DNA of 10,552 nucleotides from Archangiaceae bacterium. Lineage in GTDB: Bacteria > Myxococcota > Myxococcia > Myxococcales > Myxococcaceae. The translations under genes were made by a program, and so were the position numbers. Location of the stretch: positions 1 through 10,552 of the forward strand of contig JAYVCD010000086.1 of the NCBI GenBank assembly GCA_043750125.1. The letters run 5' to 3'. Of the stretch, positions 6,561-10,552 are shown one piece after another. Each line of letters starts with the position of its first letter. Position 1 is the first letter of the stretch. Under the pieces are notes generated by a model. That model searched no databases. It was not told the origin of the DNA and saw only the letters and a list, made by a program, of their open reading frames with translations.

Positions 6561-8371
6561 GGAGCAACCCCTTTGGTCTGCGTCGTTTCGGCCGTCTTCA
6601 CTACGAACTCGACGCGCCGGTTGGCCTCGCGTCCCGCTGCGGTCATGTTGCTCTGGGCGGGGCGGTCGGGCCCGTATCCCTTCGCCTCGAGGCGCGAGGC
6701 CTCGACGTTGTGCTGGACCAGGAAGGCCCGCACCGATTCGGCCCGCTGCTGGGAGAGCTTGCGGTTCGCCTCGGCCTTGCCCTGGCTGTCGGTGTGTCCT
6801 TCGATCACGATCGACGGGATCTCCGGGTGGTCGGTGAGGATCTCGGAGACCTGGATCAACAGCGGGAAGCTCCGCGGCTTGATCGTCGCCTTGCCAGTGT
6901 CGAAGAAGACCTTCTCTTTGATGATCAGTCGATCGCGGGTGATGATCACCAACTGCACCCGTTCCTTCGGGCAGCCCTGGTTCTCGACCGGCCCCTTGAG
7001 GGTCGGACAGTTGTCGACCTCGTCGGGCACGGTGTCTCCGTCGGCGTCCTTCACCGGACAGCCCTTGCGATCTGCGGGGCCCGCTTCCTTCGGGCACGCG
7101 TCGTCGTGATCATTCACCCCGTCGCCGTCGGTGTCCGGCCACGGGCACCCCTTGTTCTCTTTCGCGCCGGGCACCTTCGGACAGCTGTCTTCCGCGTCGG
7201 GGACCCCGTCCAGATCGCTGTCCGGACAGCCGGCAAAGGCGACCAGGCCTTTGACCGTCGGGCACTTGTCCTCACGATCGAGCAGCCCGTCGCCGTCGGA
7301 GTCCTTGTTCGGGCAGCCGCTGTTCTCCTTCGGGCCGGCGATCGTCGGGCAGGCGTCTTCAGAGTCGGCGATTCCGTCGCGGTCGGTGTCGAGCTCCGGG
7401 CACTCGGCGGGCGAATACGGCTGTCCTTCGACACACCGGTTCACCGGGGCGACCGCGACGACCGGCGCCGCCGACTCGCGGGGCAAGGTGAGCCCGGCGC
7501 CCAGCATCACCCGGAACGAGGGCGTCCCCGGCGCCGAGCCAAAGCCGGGTCCGGCGATCGCGAACAGCTCGATCGGCCCGAGCGGATAGCGCCCGCCGAG
7601 CATCACTTCCATCGAGCTTTTGGCGCGGGTGAACGGCACCCAGCCGAGCACGGCCAGCTCTCCCCGCAGCCCGGGGTGGGTGGTGACCAGGTTCGCGGCC
7701 AGCAACAAGGTGCTCCCCACTTCGTCGCCGACGGTGGCCTGTCCGGGCGAAAGGACCGCGCCCTTGCGGATCAGCGCGCCGACCTCGGCTCCCGCTCGAA
7801 GCAGCCCGAAGGATCGCCCGGCACCGACCCGCACCGTCGCTCCGACGCTCGGGTCGCGGGTCAACGCCGCGCTGTTGCCCCACGGAATGCTGAGCCCGAT
7901 CGAGAGCGCGAGGTCGAGCGGCTGCTGCTTGGCCTGCGAGAGCAGCGCGACCGAGCCGGACAACCACGGGGTCCCCAGCGCGGCGGTCGCCGGAGTGACG
8001 ATCTGGGGAGGGCTGTCTCCGGCCTGGTAGACGACGATCGGCAGCTGAATCGATGCCTCGAGCCAACGGGTAATCCCGAACGCGGCGAGCAGGTGGGCGG
8101 TGAGTCGGCTCTTCACCACCGAGCCCACCCGCACCTTGTCTTCGAAGAGCACCAGCGGGTCGTGCTGGTAGTGGAGGATCAGTGAGGCACGAAATTTCCG
8201 CTCCGGCATCAGGTCGCCGGTGCCAATCAGCAGGCTCGATTGCTGTGACGGATTGAACGTCAGCCGTTCCAACTCGAAGGTCGGAAGCGCGCGAGGGGTT
8301 TGAGCATTTGCGTAACTGGCGAGCACGAGGGTGCTCAAAAAAAAGAAGGTCCCGGGGTTGCGGATCCGCAT
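6557..8371 (-). CDS. OmpA-family outer-membrane protein with N-terminal putative beta-barrel, 5 thrombospondin type 3 repeats and C-terminal OmpA peptidoglycan-binding domain (TraB-like architecture), 604 aa
   Basis: ATG at 8371 preferred over the TTG at 8380 (GGGG just upstream). Signal peptide MRIRNPGTFFFLSTLVLASYANA|Q, then amphipathic strands, DxDxDG..D..D.CP repeats, and OmpA motifs FDTGKA, IEGHTD, NRKLSQQRAESV, GYG, NRRVEF. Confidence 0.93.
   Translation of the reverse strand: MRIRNPGTFFFLSTLVLASYANAQTPRALPTFELERLTFNPSQQSSLLIGTGDLMPERKFRASLILHYQHDPLVLFEDKVRVGSVVKSRLTAHLLAAFGITRWLEASIQLPIVVYQAGDSPPQIVTPATAALGTPWLSGSVALLSQAKQQPLDLALSIGLSIPWGNSAALTRDPSVGATVRVGAGRSFGLLRAGAEVGALIRKGAVLSPGQATVGDEVGSTLLLAANLVTTHPGLRGELAVLGWVPFTRAKSSMEVMLGGRYPLGPIELFAIAGPGFGSAPGTPSFRVMLGAGLTLPRESAAPVVAVAPVNRCVEGQPYSPAECPELDTDRDGIADSEDACPTIAGPKENSGCPNKDSDGDGLLDREDKCPTVKGLVAFAGCPDSDLDGVPDAEDSCPKVPGAKENKGCPWPDTDGDGVNDHDDACPKEAGPADRKGCPVKDADGDTVPDEVDNCPTLKGPVENQGCPKERVQLVIITRDRLIIKEKVFFDTGKATIKPRSFPLLIQVSEILTDHPEIPSIVIEGHTDSQGKAEANRKLSQQRAESVRAFLVQHNVEASRLEAKGYGPDRPAQSNMTAAGREANRRVEFVVKTAETTQTKGVAP
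6968..7402 (-). repeat. Five thrombospondin type 3 (Ca2+-binding) repeats
   Basis: DTDRDGIADSEDACP, DSDGDGLLDREDKCP, DSDLDGVPDAEDSCP, DTDGDGVNDHDDACP and DADGDTVPDEVDNCP, each followed by ..G....GCP. Confidence 0.9.
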
Positions 8372-8389
8372 GTGCCCCAATCATTGCAG

Positions 8390-8420
8390 CAGTCCACCTG
8401 CTCCGGAAGGAAGTGGACCG
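8390..8420 (-). promoter_or_regulatory. Stem-loop in the methyltransferase-ompA intergenic region
   Basis: Minus-strand RNA CGGUCCACUU-CCUUCCGGAGC-AGGUGGACUG forms a 10-bp stem with two G-U pairs, about 20 nt before the ompA ATG. No U-tract follows. Confidence 0.45.
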
Positions 8421-8460
8421 ACGACCCGTTCACCACATGTCGGCGGCCGTGCGACCTTCG

Positions 8461-9387
8461 TCACCTGCCCGTGAACCCGCCTGGTCTCCAGGAAGGACCG
8501 TCGGACACCGCGAGGGCAGACAGGCGCGGAATCGCTTTCTGCGCCAGCCGCAGGTACTTCGGGTCGAGCTCCACTCCGACGCTTTTGTACCCAACGCTTT
8601 CAGCCGCGGCGAGCATCGAGCCCGAGCCGGCGAAAGGGTCCAGCACGGTGCCTTCGCCCAGCGGCAACACCGCTCGGACCAGGGGGCGCAAGAATCCTTG
8701 CGGCTTGAGGCTGGGGTGAGGGGCGAGCGCGCGCTCTTTGGCGCGGGTGGGGTGAGAGTGAAGGACGTCTCCGAAGGGCTGTTCGTCGGAGATTCTGCGA
8801 AACCCTCCGGTCTTCCACCGGCGCAGGTTGTCCTGCACCCGCCCTTCGACCGGCTTTCGAAAGACCAGCCACGGCTCCCACATCGAACGGGCCATCACGC
8901 TCACTCCGGAAAATTCGAGGTGCGCATTTTTCGGTCGGTCGCCCCCGCGCATCGTCCTCACCAGCCGGACGATTTCTCCCCGGCGCTCGAAGCCCGCCCG
9001 GACTCCGGCGCTCGACACCAGGTACGACAGCAACGGGTTGGACGCGATCACCACGTGCGCTCCGGGGACCACCACCCGCAGCAGCGCCGCCGCCCAGCGC
9101 TCGAAGAAGGTCCCCAGCGCTTCGAGCTCCACCGGGCTCAGGGTGGTGAAGCGGGGCAGCGGAGCGCGCGGGTGCCCGTCGAAGGAAGGAGGAATTCTCC
9201 ACACTCCGCCCTGACGTTGGCGAAGCTTCTGCTGCTGCAGCGGCGAGTACTCCACCAGCCCGTAGGGCGGGTCGGTGACCACCGCCTCAATGCTGTTGTC
9301 GGGCTGAGCGGCCAGCCAGGTCAGGCAGTCTCCGCCGAACAGCCACGCCTGCCCGAATTGAAACGGGCTCGAAGCGCTACGCGGCAG
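8461..9387 (-). CDS. Site-specific DNA methyltransferase, beta class (N4-cytosine/N6-adenine, N6_N4_Mtase family), orphan; start uncertain
   Basis: Catalytic DPPY precedes HPSLKP and the SAM-binding VLDPFAGSGS..GVELD, which is the beta-class motif order. The in-frame segment upstream of the track's GTG (9282) reads QAWLFGGDCLTWLAAQPDNSIEAVVTDPPY, the usual family N-terminus. 9387 is a tentative CTG start. Confidence 0.88.
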   Translation of the reverse strand: MPRSASSPFQFGQAWLFGGDCLTWLAAQPDNSIEAVVTDPPYGLVEYSPLQQQKLRQRQGGVWRIPPSFDGHPRAPLPRFTTLSPVELEALGTFFERWAAALLRVVVPGAHVVIASNPLLSYLVSSAGVRAGFERRGEIVRLVRTMRGGDRPKNAHLEFSGVSVMARSMWEPWLVFRKPVEGRVQDNLRRWKTGGFRRISDEQPFGDVLHSHPTRAKERALAPHPSLKPQGFLRPLVRAVLPLGEGTVLDPFAGSGSMLAAAESVGYKSVGVELDPKYLRLAQKAIPRLSALAVSDGPSWRPGGFTGR

Positions 9388-9907
9388 GGCGCACGACGCC
9401 CAGGTCGGTGATGAACTTCTGCGCCAGCGCCTTGTGCTTGGTGTCGTCGAGCTTCTCTTCGAGCAGCTTCTCGGCCACCTGAATCGCCAACGCCACTGCC
9501 TGCGCCTTCAAGTCGGCCACCGCCTTGTTCTTCTCTTCTTCAATCGCGCGGCGGGCGTCGGCCTTGAGGTCCTCGGCTTCCTTGCGCGAGCGGGCCATCA
9601 GGTCTTCGCGGAACCGTTCCATGTCGGTCTGGTTCTTTCGCATCATCTCGGCGGCTTCCGCGCGGGCACCGGCGATCGCGCTCTTCTGCTCGCCGAGCAG
9701 CTTCTCGGCCTCGGCGCGCTCGTGCTTCGCCGCTTCGATCGACCCGCTGATCGCCTTCTCGCGCTCGGTGACGGCCTTGAGAATCGGGCCCCACGCCGCC
9801 CGCCGCAGAATGAACGCGACGATGAAGAAGGTGATCAACGTCCAGAAGATGAGGCCCGGCTTCACGTCGGTGAAACCAGCGCCAGCGGCAAGGACGAGAA
9901 AGTTCAT
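9377..9907 (-). CDS. atpF: F0F1 ATP synthase subunit b, 176 aa
   Basis: PGLIFWTLITFFIVAFILRRAAWGPILKAVTEREKAI transmembrane anchor followed by a long Ala/Glu/Lys helical region ending ALAIQVAEKLL. ATG at 9907 with AAAGAG upstream; lies directly after atpE. Confidence 0.96.
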   Translation of the reverse strand: MNFLVLAAGAGFTDVKPGLIFWTLITFFIVAFILRRAAWGPILKAVTEREKAISGSIEAAKHERAEAEKLLGEQKSAIAGARAEAAEMMRKNQTDMERFREDLMARSRKEAEDLKADARRAIEEEKNKAVADLKAQAVALAIQVAEKLLEEKLDDTKHKALAQKFITDLGVVRPAA

Positions 9908-9948
9908 GGTGTTCTCTTTGAGTGGTGTTCGTTGGAGCTCAAACGACA

Positions 9949-9977
9949 TCCCGAGCGCACACTGCGCACGCCCGGGA
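9949..9977 (-). promoter_or_regulatory. 12-bp mRNA stem-loop between atpE and atpF (stabiliser or partial terminator)
   Basis: UCCCGGGCGUGC-GCAGU-GUGCGCUCGGGA pairs fully on the minus strand with three G-U wobbles, which become A-C mismatches on the plus strand. It starts 14 nt after the atpE stop. Confidence 0.6.
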
Positions 9978-9990
9978 GGTTCAAGGAAAA

Positions 9991-10227
9991 TCAGACCGCG
10001 GTCTTCACCGTCAACAGGATGCAGATGATCAGCGCAAACAGCGCCGCGCCTTCGATCAGTCCGGCGGCGATCAACATCGTGGTGCGAATGTCGCCGGTGG
10101 CCGAGGGCTGACGGGCCGTGCCTTCCAGCGCCGCTCCGGCGAGCTTCCCGATGCCGAGGCCTGCTCCGATGATCGTGAGCCCAGCTCCGATGCCTGCTGC
10201 GAGGTATGCGTAAGCAACTGCGTTCAT
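9991..10227 (-). CDS. atpE: F0F1 ATP synthase subunit c, 78 aa (alternative ATG at 10236)
   Basis: MNAVAYAYLAAGIGAGLTIIGAGLGIG...ARQP...LIEGAALFAL shows the GxGxGxG helix, RQP loop and ion-binding Glu. The track's 131-aa version is over-extended. Confidence 0.97.
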   Translation of the reverse strand: MNAVAYAYLAAGIGAGLTIIGAGLGIGKLAGAALEGTARQPSATGDIRTTMLIAAGLIEGAALFALIICILLTVKTAV

Positions 10228-10336
10228 AGTGTCCATGATCTCATTCGGTGAGGACTCGCTTTGAGGGGGAGTCGTAATGCCCTTGGGTACTACCTCCAGC
10301 GCGGCAAAGACGAATCCGCGGGGTGCTTTGAACAGG

Positions 10337-10552
10337 TCAGTGGGTTCCGATCGACTCCGGGCTGGCCGGGTCGTGGCCGTGGGCACCCATCGCGACGCCC
10401 ATTCCGATGAACAGCGCGGAGAGCAGGGTGAAGATGTACGCCTGGACCAGGCCGACGAAGATTTCGAGGAAGTAGATCGCCGTCGCCATCGGAACCGAAA
10501 TGACCGCCAGCGCCGGGTGGAGCATGAAGATCAACCCGAGCAGGAAGAAGAG
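10337..10552 (-). CDS. atpB: F0F1 ATP synthase subunit a, C-terminal part (5' end outside the window)
   Basis: Frame is open to the right edge; [18 protein letters not shown] is the subunit a last-helix signature; lies upstream of atpE. Confidence 0.96.
   Translation of the reverse strand, partial: LFFLLGLIFMLHPALAVISVPMATAIYFLEIFVGLVQAYIFTLLSALFIGMGVAMGAHGHDPASPESIGTH

Noticed and set aside
2920-6567. 1215-aa and 410-aa (1393-2625) minus-strand ORFs
   Set aside because: Arg/His/Gln-rich alternate frames of the adhesin gene; the true frame carries the lipobox and the domain motifs.
1-8371. Assigning the gene symbols traA/traB or agmC
   Set aside because: Only the architecture is similar; orthology cannot be shown without searches, the adhesin lacks TraA-type Cys-rich repeats in the visible part, and its C-terminus is outside the window.
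6465-9411. Overlapping ORFs such as 6710-8185(+), 7359-8384(-), 8308-9411(+) and 8600-9202(-)
   Set aside because: Shadows of the ompA and methyltransferase genes with no independent motifs.
9434-10251. ORFs overlapping atpE/atpF on the plus strand or in alternate frames
   Set aside because: Antisense or out-of-frame to well-conserved ATP synthase genes.
10237-10336. Possible riboswitch/ncRNA in the atpB-atpE spacer (CGCGG..CCGCG and GACTC..GAGTC stems)
   Set aside because: Only 5-bp stems, expected by chance at this GC content; no recognisable RNA family motif.

Overview
GC-rich bacterial DNA; gene content and protein styles suggest Myxococcota (inference). All credible genes are on the minus strand. 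From right to left: the 3' end of atpB, then atpE and atpF (an F0-only ATP synthase cluster, no F1 genes after it); an orphan beta-class N4/N6 DNA methyltransferase whose conserved N-terminus has no canonical start codon; a TraB-like outer-membrane protein (signal peptide, putative beta-barrel, 5 thrombospondin type 3 repeats, OmpA C-terminal domain); and a giant lipoprotein adhesin coupled to it by an ATGA overlap. The adhesin (>2186 aa) is missing from the supplied ORF track because it runs off the left edge. Its parts are a CBM-like tip domain, two DUF11-like domains (the first interrupted by two Trp-rich 68-aa modules), two InlB-B-like repeats, and an Ig-like stalk built from a six-domain super-repeat of about 1575 bp. 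The long plus-strand and alternate-frame ORFs are shadows of these genes.
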